Of a stretch of 64,000 bases of DNA, positions 1 through 12,074 are shown piece by piece. Source of the stretch: the human T2T-CHM13v2.0 reference genome, Homo sapiens; NCBI RefSeq assembly GCF_009914755.1, contig NC_060934.1; one strand, given 5' to 3'. Numbering within the stretch: position 1 is the stretch's first letter; every line of letters starts with the position of its first letter. The notes beneath the pieces are model-generated. The model was not told the origin of the DNA. It saw only the letters and a list, made by a program, of their open reading frames with translations, and made no database searches. Position numbers and translations under genes: made by a program.

Positions 1-360
1 ACTTCATCCAAGAGGCAGTGAGAATTACTGAAAGACTAAGCAGGATACAGACACATGCCGGGTGTTAGGAAGATCATTCTGGCAGCAGTGTGGAGAACGA
101 AGTGAAGAAGAGCAGGACTACAGACAGAGAGATGAGTAGAATATTTTTGTCTCTTGAGGGTTTGAGCTAAACAGTACAGCTTGGAATAATAAGATTGATA
201 ACACATACTGAGAAGTTACTAAAGCCAGTCATCATTCTAAGTCTGTTTATTATTTACCTTAATTATAAGAATAACTCACTGAAGCAGGTGATATTATTGT
301 TTTCATTTTAAACCAGGAAGGTAAGAAACTTGGAGAGCTCTAAGTAAATTGCTAAACCAG
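1..360. mobile_element. Old L2-like and MIR-like fragments
   Basis: aagatcattctggcagcagtgtggaga resembles L2; 185-360 has a MIR-like core (gaagcaggtgatattattgttttcatttt...gaaacttggagag); boundaries approximate. Confidence 0.45.
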
Positions 361-439
361 AACTCTAACCAAAGAAAGCTAATAAATCCAAAGCCTAAAT
401 TAGCTTAAGAATACCAGAGGAAATACTAATAGAAGCCAC

Positions 440-1268
440 AGGTCTTAATATCTGATTTTATTAGAGGTAATTTTAATAATTTCTGTTCTACAAGTTGTTT
501 TCAGAAGACAGTCTTTCCTGTGAATTTCACAATAAAATGTACCAATTCACTAACTCTACAGTTGACTTGCAACTTCTTTAACATCTAGAGAGACAAGATG
601 TAAAATTAGGACTCATTTGTCTGCTATATATGCTATAAACATAGCAAAGTAAAAACAAAATGCACAGAACATATGGAATGATGGTTGACCTTGCCTAACC
701 ATCTACAGCCTTTTGTATGTCCTTCTCCCTCCTTCCAGGAGCCAGTGCACAAATGCAAGGAGTACTGCTCAAAGAGCCACTGCATTTCCAAAAGATATAT
801 TTTAAATGAATTTTAACAAAAACAGTATTTACACAATGCATTATATTCCTATCTCTACTTTTTACATACAACAGGCACTCCAGAACATTCAGAAAGGTTA
901 TCTATTTCTTTTAAAATACTAAAAATGTTCAACTATATATATATATAGTAGGAAGGAATAAAATGCACACATGGGAAATGCTAATAATAAGAACATGTCT
1001 CCTAAATATGACTAGTTTAGCATAGAACACCCTTCCACCACAGGGTCTTGTGCTCCATCACCTCGAAACACTGAATCACTGTATGTTATTCTTGGTGATG
1101 CATCTGGGGAAGTCTAGCAATTCCATTTCCAGAAGACATCTCTTTCCTACAATGCATTATTAATTAATTAATTTTTAAATTTACTCTTTACAAAAGGGCA
1201 TTTGCAAAATATCTACTGTATGTAGGCAACTTCTTTATGTCTACAAGGTGTAGATGTCGCAAAAATAA
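440..1268 (-). other. 3'UTR-like unique sequence, possibly the distal part of the adjacent retrocopy
   Basis: Non-repeat AT-rich sequence; minus strand has TGTAAATA (826-833) and AATAAA (457-462); no poly(A) tail or TSD seen. Confidence 0.3.
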
Positions 1269-1269
1269 G

Positions 1270-1541
1270 TTTTCTTTTTTGTTTGTTTGTTTAGACGGAG
1301 TCTCGCTCTGTCGCCCAGGCTGGAGTGCAGTGGCTGCAAGCTCCGCCTGCCATGTTCACGCCATTCTCCTGTCTCAGCCTCCCGAGTAGCTGGGACTACA
1401 GGCTCCTGCCACCAAGCCCAGCTAATTTTTGTATTTTTAGTAGAGACAGGGTTTCACCGTGTTAGCCAGGATGGTATGGATTTCCTGACCTTGTGATCTG
1501 CCCGCCTCGGCCTCCCAAAGTGCTGGGATTACAGGCGTGAG
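1270..1541 (-). mobile_element. AluY-like SINE, missing about 15 nt at the 5' end, with a small internal deletion and no TSD
   Basis: AluY diagnostics (caagctccgcc, ttcacgccattctcc, cgtgttagccaggatgg); ends at ggcgtgag; gcgatctcggctca segment absent near 1333. Confidence 0.93.
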
Positions 1542-2030
1542 GCTGGGGAGGACGCTGAGAGCTACTTTTGCATAGTATGTACACAGGTCAGAAAATCTTT
1601 CCAAAGGCTGGTGGGCACTTGTTGAGGGCCGTATATGGTACTTTGTCCTTTCTTCCAATGTCAAGGTCCAGTGGAACGAAACCACTGGGTACTGACCCAG
1701 CCACCTTCAGGGCTCCATCCACCCTCAGGTCTGGAGAGGTGTTTGTCCCTTGAAGTGGTATCTAGTCCAGATGGAGCATAGCAGTGGCCAGCCCCTCACA
1801 CCTTCACAGGTGTTTGCAAGGCCGCCATTCATCTCTCCTGCCATGCCGCAGCCGGGAGTATTCAGTGTTCCAGTGGGAGATGGAGCCAGCGGGTCCTGGG
1901 CTGTTGGAAGCTGCCGCCGCCACCATCAGGTCACCAGGAGGGGTTGCCGCTGCCTGGAATTCCGGCTGCTGCTGCCTTGGCACGGCCTGGGGAAATTGGC
2001 AGCTCTGCATCTCATCGCTCTCCCTGCGGG
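1542..2030 (-). pseudogene. Probable processed-pseudogene fragment (GC-rich 5'/coding part), parent unidentified
   Basis: Sharp GC-rich island in AT-rich DNA, not a repeat I recognise. One minus frame reads about 160 codons ([18 protein letters not shown]...[27 protein letters not shown]...DLDIGRKDKVPYTALNKCPPAFGKIF*) with three stops (TGA 1804-1806, TAG 1762-1764, TGA 1588-1590), each explicable by a single C>T change. Confidence 0.55.
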
Positions 2031-2046
2031 AATTAGGCCTAGGTGG

Positions 2047-2414
<368 letters not shown>

Positions 2415-2650
2415 TGAATGGTTCTGGCAATGGTACTATGCGTGGTAATGCTGATGCTGCTCTATTCAGTGAGCATGGGTCCAACTGCTCCACATAGAAG
2501 GGAACAGAGGGATTCTGCGGCCTCCATCAGCAGATGCATGATAATCATTGATTTCATTCTCTGCATCCCCTGATTCTAGGTGTGGGACCTGGAAAAGTTG
2601 CTTAACCTTTGTTTCATTGAGATTCTCACATCCAGTGACTACAGTAAGAA

Positions 2651-3002
2651 GGGTTCAAAGAAAAACTGAGGCACATTGCCATGTCTAAGAGTTTATTTGA
2701 GCAGAGTGATGCACAAACTGGGATACTCCAAACTGGAATGGTTCATGGCTCCACTGAGGGTACCAGGAGAAGGTTTTTATAGGATGAATGGGAAGCAAGA
2801 CAAAGAAGATACTGGATTGGTTACAGTGGAGGAGTAGCTTTATTTGGATCATTCCAGTAGAAAGTCCCTAGTTAGAGGTTCATTGGCAGTTTCTGATTGG
2901 TTAAGACCTTTTGCACTGAGTTGGGTTTCTGTTTGCTTAGGTAGGAACCCAAGGTATTTGAGCCACCTCAGTCTAATGGCCTTCTAATTAACGATTTTAA
3001 CA
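2651..3002 (-). mobile_element. ERV1 solo LTR, MER31/MER67-like
   Basis: aagaaaaactgaggca...agagtttatttgagc, ctgattggtt (CCAAT on minus), taggaacccaag...tctaatggcc...ttaaca terminus. Confidence 0.6.
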
Positions 3003-4839
3003 GAAATAATAAGTGTGCATGTAAAACTAGGTCATTACTTAACACACAGGGAATACTCAAAAATCTTAAAAATTATTGACTCCTTTTTAAAAAATTGGGA
3101 GGGGTACAGGAGAGAGAAAAAGAAAAAAAAGTCCTATTAAAAAATGTTGCTACTCTTCTAACCAAAATCATTATAATTCAGATTTCTTATTTTGGGATGC
3201 AAATCCTCTAATTCTTCAGCCTGTTAGCAGAAATCATTTAGGTAACATAATGGTAGTCTCGTATTGACTTTTGGGTGCCAGGAACTACACATCTACATGA
3301 AGAAATTCACTTAATTTAAAACTTTCCATTTCCAGAAAAAGATCAAGTTCACAAAGTCAACAGGATTTAAGACTCTAGTGTCCAATGATTCTTTCTGCAT
3401 CCAAGGTATTAAACTCATTATGAAAGTCTTGATCCCCTTCTAATACTATCAGTGAAGTTCAAATTTCTATCCTGCAGCCAAGTTCTTCCTGCTGAGAGGC
3501 TGAAGTTGATTGAAGTCAGTAAGAGTTGGGTATGTGTAAATGATGGCAGCTTTGCTCTTAGAAAATGTTCCTTCTATTTTCTCTCCACCCAGGAAATTAT
3601 TTTTCCCCTTTCATCTTAAGACACAGGCACTGAACACTGATGTTCCTTGTCTTCAACCAATCTCGGTGATGAATTTTTGGAAAACTTATTTGGATTCCGA
3701 ACACATGCACGCTCCATTTTCTGCAGGGTTAAATAATCTGCCAGTTTCCTTTCCTCAGAGAGAACGAGCTAATGAATTACTTCAGATCTCTACCATTTGC
3801 TTTACTGTGCTGTGACTTGTCCCATTTTGCTGCTCCACCTCCATTTTTATGAAGTATGCTTTTTGAAGTTTTACAAAATAGTAAAGGATTCAAATTGAAT
3901 ATCACTGAAGAAAGCAGAGAACAACAACAACAAAGAAAAAGGAGTTGGTAAGGAGACATTGTCTCCTTATATAATATAATATATAAATTCAGTTTTAGGT
4001 CTTTGTCTTACATCATGTTTCAAGATTTAGAGAAAAGCACAGACAACTCTTCTTAGGATTGTGTCAAAGACAATAATAACAGGTAATTTTCTCCTCATAG
4101 GAATGAAAAATTTAAGAAATGTTCTATATTGCTACAGAAGAAACACAATTGAATGAGACTGTACTATTCAAAATAGCCAAAATATAAGAAGCCATGGATA
4201 AATTAGTCTGTATTTGGTCCCCATCAGTACAGAGTAGACGTGTGGCTTGTTTGAGAAGGGATAAAGAAGGAGCCAAGAAAGAGGGTAGGCACACCTTTTT
4301 AGCTGCATTTGTGAGATCCACAGAATTTTGCAAACACTCAAACTGCAATCACAATATGAAATGTATACTTCGAATGAAGAGTAAATTGTATGAATGTTTT
4401 CTTTAGTAATGAATATTCTGCTTTTTAAATTGTTTAATCCTACAGGAAATAGGATTAAAATGTTTCACGTACAGATTAGATCTGGCTTCTGTCATCCCAT
4501 ATATCCCAACCACAGAAAACACATCTTTCTTGATTGATGAGAAATAATATACCACTGTCTTGGAGAAAACAAATTTCTACTGATGTTAAAGAATAAACTA
4601 CACTACCATATCTCTGTCAAAGCATTGTTGAAGTAGCAATTTGAATAATCATGCCTTATAATCAAATTATATATGTAGTTTAAGACAAAAATCATTCATT
4701 CTATTTCTGTTCCATGTCTTATCATTCCTCTAACGTTCAGCTTACATTTCACCTCTTCCAGGAAGCATTCTATAATTTTCATAACATTGAATGTGAATTT
4801 TTTTTCATGTAAAGGCCATACTAATTGATAATGCCTTTT

Positions 4840-5015
4840 TTAAAGGTATTGTTTATCCATTCATCAATTGATGAACATTTTGGCTGTGTTCACTCTTTGG
4901 TTCTTTTGCATAATGCTACTATGAATATTTGTGTGCAAGTTGTTATATAGATATATGTTTTTAATTCTCTTGGGTATGCCAGACATTGTAAGTTTTATAT
5001 TTTTGAGTAGTGGAT

Positions 5016-5058
<43 letters not shown>

Positions 5059-5078
5059 TAGATATAGATGTATATATA

Positions 5079-5119
<41 letters not shown>

Positions 5120-5470
5120 ATGCCTCTAAACATTTGTATGGGGGCTTTATTCTAGGTGTAGTCAAATTACTTGTACCTAGTATTATTCTTTCTCAACTAG
5201 TTTGTAAGCCTTGTTAGAATGAGTCTAGAATAGTTTTAGTGTAGGGATAATTTGGCTAACTACTGAGGCAATATCACCCTGAAGGCCCTTCTAGATGTCT
5301 CATACATTTAAGATTTTTCAAATCTGGCTGGTGGGAACATAAATTATTTCTACCTCCGCAGGGAAAGTTCTGCCTACTCCTTTCATTCTTTCTTTTTTCA
5401 GCCTCAGAATTTTCCTCACATACATACACAGATCAGTACACAGACAAAGATTCAAGGACACCCCTCTGTC
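4840..5470 (-). mobile_element. Old L1M fragments (3' piece followed by a 5'-region piece)
   Basis: ttgtttatccattcatcaattgatgaacattt is L1M 3' antisense; ctggctggtgggaac...cagatcagtac...aaagattcaaggacacccctctg resembles an L1MC/ME 5' region. Confidence 0.65.
5014..5118. repeat. Compound microsatellite (TAGA)~10 + (TA)n/(TG)n
   Basis: Directly visible. Confidence 0.95.
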
Positions 5471-5773
5471 CACAATGTTTTCTACAGTTCCTGGGCAAAT
5501 TAAGTGCCTTATATATTCTCTTTTGAACTCATTTTGAATTTTTTATGTGATTAGCCAAATATCTTGTCCACCAAAAAAAAAAAAAAAATTCCCCAAGTGC
5601 CAGAATCACTGAATGTTGTTAAGATAAAAATACTTTTAATTGGGTTTTCCCCTACAGCGAATATAATCTTGTATCAAACATTGACTTTTAAAAATGTTGC
5701 CTAGAAGATACACCAAAACAAATGTCTATAGTATTTCTAAAACTCTGGTCTGAATTTAAAATGTCTTTTTTCT

Positions 5774-6183
<410 letters not shown>

Positions 6184-6519
6184 TTAGAAAGAAACCTTAG
6201 GTCCCCTTTGCCTCTCTTGATTACAAACAAAAATAGCTCAAGCCCTTTTCCTTTCCCTATCTCTGCATACACCCTCAAATGTGTAAAAACTTCTTTATCA
6301 ACCCAAGGTTCCAGAATACTCTTGCCCATTCAAGGGGGTCTTTCTTCCTTTACAGAAAACTATGAGAATTTAAACTGCCCATATCCCCTAGATAAATAAT
6401 CCCTACACTCTTCCTAGCAAAGATCTAGCCTTACTGCTTCCTTTATTATTGCCAATGCTATGATTTCAAGGAAGATGAAGATTTTTCATTTATTTGGCAG
6501 AGTTTTCTCCTGTGTTTCT

Positions 6520-7420
6520 CTTCCATTGGCATGGCTCTCATGATACCACAGCTTCCTGTTCTATTTCCTAATTAATCAAGCTTTTCTTTTTTCAGCTCAT
6601 TATTTGCTACCTGAACTTTAAATATTAGAGATCTTGTGGCTCAGTCCTAAATCATTTTTTTGTCACTCTACCTTGTACCCAAGGTAATTTTAACTATGTA
6701 CCCATTCTCATGGATCCAAGTTCCCTGATGACATTCATGACCCTGTTTAATTCCAGATTAACATGTCCAGACTACCTCTCTTTTCTGAGCCCCGGGGTAT
6801 ATCTGGCAATGCAATATGACATCTTCCTAGGGCATTGTATATCTCTAAAAAGTACAAAATAAAAATCTTTCTCAAAACAAGTTCTCCACAAATGTCCCTC
6901 AAATCAGAATGACACTACTCTATATTCAGAAATCTAGGAGTTATCCTTGATATGTATCTCTATTTGCTCTCCCCATCTAACAAATCAAATCTTACTCAGT
7001 CAACATTCTATTTACCTCTCAAATCCTTACATTTTTATCCACATCACCAGCAGGACTCTAGTTCTAGCCGCCACTCTCTCATGATGTGACTGCTCTAACA
7101 ATCTCAAAACAGGTTTTTCTGTGTCTACTTTTTTATCCCTCCAAATCATTCCCTATGCTGCAGCCAGACAGAGTATCTTTTAGACTTTATATCTGCTTAT
7201 ATCATTCTCATGATTATTAGCTCCTCATTCTAATATAGGGGTTGAAACCTTTAAGTTTATTCGTTATTTGTGACCTGGTTGTTGCAGACTTTATCACTTT
7301 CACGTTGTGTCATTTTTTTCCCTTGCTCACTCTGTTCCAGCCAAATAGCCTTCCTTAAAGTGACTATTTTCTATTTCAGTTGCTCAAAAGTTCTAAAGTT
7401 TGGAGTCCTAGAACCATTTC
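6520..7420 (+). mobile_element. L2 LINE fragment
   Basis: Degenerate L2 3' motifs (cagaaatctaggagttatccttga; tgctgcagccagacagagtatcttt; ctcactctgttccagcca). Confidence 0.65.
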
Positions 7421-7823
7421 CTAGGAAAGACTCAGGGTTAAACAAATAGGGCTCCAACCCACCAGCCCTCCCCACCAAACCTGAAAAGCTTATTACCCAT
7501 GTTGGGGAGCCCAGCCCTGCAATAACAAAAGCATAAATTCTGTCTCTCCCTTCCACTGGAAGCCTCCTTTGGTGGGGTTAGGGAAAGGGAAGAAGACAGG
7601 GTTTGTACTTTTTTTCTCTTATACACGAGAAACAAATATTTTCTGGGAAAAAAATGCATTATGGAACAAAAACATCACTAAAAAGCAATCACAGTACATT
7701 TTTATAGAAATATTAAAAAAGTTTAAACAATTTGCCAAATTTATCACCATCAACAGTAGGATTTACTGACTATTTTCTGCAGGAATTGTAGTTATTGTTT
7801 CTTGAGTGTTTTCTCCCAAACCA

Positions 7824-8298
7824 TGGTAGATTAATTGCATTAATCGCTCCATTTCTTTATCTCTCTCTATATTCAAATCCTTTTACGTGACTTTTTAGTT
7901 CCTCTCAGTAAGTAAGTTGTGTCTGTTTTCTCAACCTTTTTATTTTGATTTCCATGTAACTTGCCAATAGAATGTGGCAGTGTGCCATTTCCAAGCCTAG
8001 GCCTCAAGAGGGTCTGTGTGTTTCTGTTTGCTCTCTTGTACCTTTGCCATTGTCATTGACATAAGAATACATCTTCTGGAAAATGAGACACAAGTAGAGC
8101 ATAACCAAGGGGCACCACTCCCTCCTGCCAGGGCTATTCTGGGTCAGCTGACCCCATCAAAGATTGCAAATGCAAGAATGATCCCAGACAAGATCAGCTG
8201 AGCCCTTGTCTTATGATTTGTAAACTATGGTAATAAATGATTGTTGTTTGTAGCCACTGAATTTTGCAGTTGTTATGCAGCAACAACTGGCTGATACA
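7824..8298 (+). mobile_element. MaLR solo LTR, MLT1H/G-like
   Basis: gccaatagaatgtggcag...ccaagcctaggcctcaagagg; aataaatgattgttgtttgtagccactgaatttt...ctggctgataca terminus. Confidence 0.8.
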
Positions 8299-8299
8299 A

Positions 8300-8495
8300 T
8301 ACTGGATGCCATGTTCAGAATTTTACACGTATTATGTCAAATACTCACAATAGCCATATGAGGTAGTTTTCTTTACCATTCTACAGTTGAAGAAACAAGC
8401 TCATGGTAACTTTATAAAATACATAGTAAATTAAAATATTTAAGCTGAACCTGTAATCTCTTGTTCCAACAGCCTTCTCTTCCCATACCACTGTG
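8300..8495 (-). mobile_element. MIR SINE
   Basis: ctcacaatagccatatgaggtag...ccattctacagttgaagaaacaagctca core. Confidence 0.6.
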
Positions 8496-9996
8496 TGAAA
8501 AGGTACTGTTCTGAAACCAAATTGCTTACTGTCTTTGTACTTCTACTAATTTTGGTATCCTTGCTCTAGTCCCATTTTCACTGTTGTTACTTAAGGTACC
8601 CTTGTAATCATCATCACTGGCTCTGCACAGGAAGAAATATGTCATTTTCTGATGATACACAGATAGCACCTGCATTCAAAGTCTATCTCTTCGATCATTT
8701 CACTAAAGTATACTGCTGTATGGAGTAAAGAAATTCCATTGAAATATTAATTTCTATTCAGGGACTCAATGCCTAATTCTTTTTATTTTAAGATCATTAA
8801 GCGACCCAGCTTTTGTCCTGAAAGGACTTGCCTAGAGCACAGTTACTACAGTTATATTCATTTATAAGTATTTTCTACTCCATAGCAAGTTAAAAGAAGT
8901 AGAGGCAAAAATGCCCTTCCACTTGTTTTCTCTGCTTGTTTCTCTTTGTGTCTTTGTCTCGGTTGGTTTTTCTGCACCTTCTTACCTGACAGGTGTTCAA
9001 ATATTTTATTTACTCCATATATTTTTATATTAAATTTCCAAACAAGTATCATTCTTCATTACTTGAATTTATTTAGCTTATTTTGCTTTGTACTTTTAGA
9101 ATTAGAATTTATCTTACTTAATGTAGATATTTGAACAAGAAATCACCAGTAGCCATGTTCCTAATTTGTGAAGAAAAATCAAGTTATCTTACTGTTATGA
9201 GCACTTACTAAAAGGCACATCTTCTAAGGCAAAGTAGGGGCTTTAATAAATCACTATCTGTGGCCCCTGCCATGGCCTGTCTTCCACAACAGGGTCATAG
9301 TTCACCACGTGGATTCTCCTGCGATTTTCAAAGTTCAAAGTCTGAAATATAGTATATCATTATTTCTGATTTATTAGGGGTTTGTCTCCATTTAATGATG
9401 ACAGATTCTAAAAGTCTGATTTTTCAGCTATTACAAAATACTAATTAATACATATATTTTTCACATTTGTCGGTGATTCATATTGTATATCAACTCATTA
9501 ATGACTTCTGTGTATAATAAATCATTTGGGCAGTCAAAAATGTTATACACACTCCCGTAATATTCTGGCACCTCTTTAACCTAAAATTTCCAGCTACTGC
9601 ATATTTTGTACGCATTTCATCACAATTTGCTGATAGTCATTTAGTCATTCAACAAGCGTATATTTTATAAAATACATAGCTACATGCTCATTACTATGCT
9701 GGGCAACAATGGGAGGTAAAGTGAGAATAACAAAGATGGAAAAAAGCAGCACTAAAAATAGAACATTGTTTAATAAATTATGTTGCAAAATACCATGTTG
9801 GGGAACTATTGCCAGGGACAGCTCTTCTCCGTTGCAACTGAGAACAGTTATTCTTTCCACCCATTCATTCATGCATTTGTACACACATATATATATATGT
9901 ACACACATTGGTTAAATCAATACTTGCTGAGCACCTTCTGTGTTTAAGCCTTCTTGTTATTTTAAAACTCACAAAAACTAAATGAATAAAATCCCA

Positions 9997-11838
9997 TTTT
10001 TTTAACTTTTAGATTCAGGAATGCATGTACAGGTGTGCTACATAGGTAAACTGTATCATGGGGTTTAGTACAGACATTATTTCATCATCCAGGTAATAAG
10101 CATAGTACTAATAGGTAATTTTTCAATCTTCACCCTCCTCCCACCCTCAAGCAGAACTCGGTGTCTGTTGTTCCCTTTTTTGCATCCGTGTGTATTCAAT
10201 GCTTAACTCTCACTTTTAAGTGAGAACATGTGGTACTTGGTCTTCTGTTCCTGCATTAGTTTACTTAGAACAATTGCCTCCAACTGCATCCATGTTGCTG
10301 CAAAGGACATTGATTCATTTTTTTTTTTCCTATGGCTGTGTCATATTCCATGGTGTGTATAAGCCAATTTTTTTTTTTTTTGAGACGGAGTCTTGCTCTG
10401 TCGCCCAGGCTGGAGTGCAGTGGAGCGATCTTGGCTCACTGCAAGCTCTGCCTCCCAGGTTCACACCATTCTCCTCCCTCAGCCTCCTGAGTAGCTGGGA
10501 CTATAGGTGCCCACCACTGCCCCTGGCTAATTTTTTGTGTTTTTTAGTAGAGACTAGGTTTCACCGTGTTAGCCAGGATGGTCTCGATCTCCTGACCTCG
10601 TGACCCACCCACCTCAGCCTCCCAAAGTGCTGGGATTACAGGCGTGAGCCACTGCACCCGGCCTGCCAAATTTTCTTTATCCAGTCTACCACTGATGGGC
10701 ATTTAGGTTGATTCCATGGCTTTGTGAATAGTGCTGTGATGAATACACATATGTATGTCTCTGAGAATATACCCAACAGTGGCATTGCTGGGTCAAATGG
10801 TATTTCTGTTTTAAGTTCTTTGAGAAATCTTGAAATGGCTTTCCACAATAGCTGAGCTAATTTACATTCCCACCAGCAGAGTATAAGCATTCCCTTTTCT
10901 ACATAACCTCACCAGCATCTGTTATTTTTTGACTTTTTGATAATAGCTTTTCTGACTGGTGTGAGATTATATCTCATTGTGGTTTTGATTTACATTTCTC
11001 TAATGATTAGTGATGTTGAGCATTTTTTCATATGCTTGTTGGCTGCAGGGATGTCTTCTTTTGAAGTGTCTGTTCAGGTTCTTTGCCTACATTTTAATGG
11101 GGTTGTTTTTTACTTGTTAATTTGTTTAACTTCCTTATAGATTCTGGATAGTAGACCTTTGTCAGGTGTATAGTTTGCAAATACTTCCTCTCATTCTGTA
11201 GGTTGCCTATTTACCCTGTTGATAGTTTCTTTTGCTGTGTAGAAGCTCTTTAGTTTAATTAGATCCCATTTGTCAATTTTTGTTTTTGTTGCAATGCTTT
11301 TAGAGTCATTGCCATGGAATCTTTGACAAGGCCTATGTCCAGAATGGTATTTCTTAGGTTATCTTCCAGGGTTTTTATAGTTTTCTCACATTTAAGCCTT
11401 TAATCATTCTTGAGTTGATTTTTCTACGTGGTTTAAAAAGGGATCCAGTTTCAATCTTCTGCATATGGCTCGTCAGTTATCCCAGCATCATTTATTGAAT
11501 AGAAAGTCCTTTCACCATTGCTTGTTTTTGTCAGCTTTGTTGAGGATCAGATGGTTGTAGGTATGGGTCTTTATTTCTGGGCTCTGTATTCATTTTCATT
11601 GGTCTATGTGTCTGTTTTTATACCAGTACCATGCTGTTTTGGTTACTGTAGCCTTGTAGTATAGTTTGAAGTTGGGTAATGTGATGTCTCCAGTTTTGTT
11701 CTTTTTGCTTAGGATTGCCTTGGATGTTTGAGCTCCTTTTTGGTTCCATATGAATTAAAAATTTTTTTTCTTATTCTATGAAGATTGCCATTGGTGGTTT
11801 AATAGAAATAGCATTGAATCTGTAAATTGCTTTAGACA
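9997..11838 (-). mobile_element. 5'-truncated L1PA15/16-like element, apparently inserted into a MIR
   Basis: 3'UTR plus ORF2 C-terminus (10636-10890: CWWECKLAQLLWK...IPFDPAMPLLG); MIR-like sequence on both flanks (about 9915-9995 and 11845-11920). Confidence 0.9.
10368..10663 (-). mobile_element. AluY-like SINE inside the L1
   Basis: Full dimer; TSD gcca(a)atttt. Confidence 0.95.
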
Positions 11839-12074
11839 GAAATTTTATTTTACCCATTTCAGTGTTAGTGAAGCCTGAGCTTAGAGAGGTCAAGTACTTT
11901 GTTCAGAGACACAAACCAAGATGCATTTAATATTTAATCCCCTATTGTCTCTACTAGATCATTTGTCTATTCTTTCCAATAAAATATAAAGACATACTTA
12001 CCTAACTGTATTTCTATGGGTATATAAGAATAAATACATACATTAAACATAAGTTTTTGACTCTATATCCATTA

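Noticed and set aside
3999-4082. Possible plus-strand 84-nt exon (ttttag...AG|gtaatt)
   Set aside because: Weak polypyrimidine tract, no partner exons, no recognisable protein
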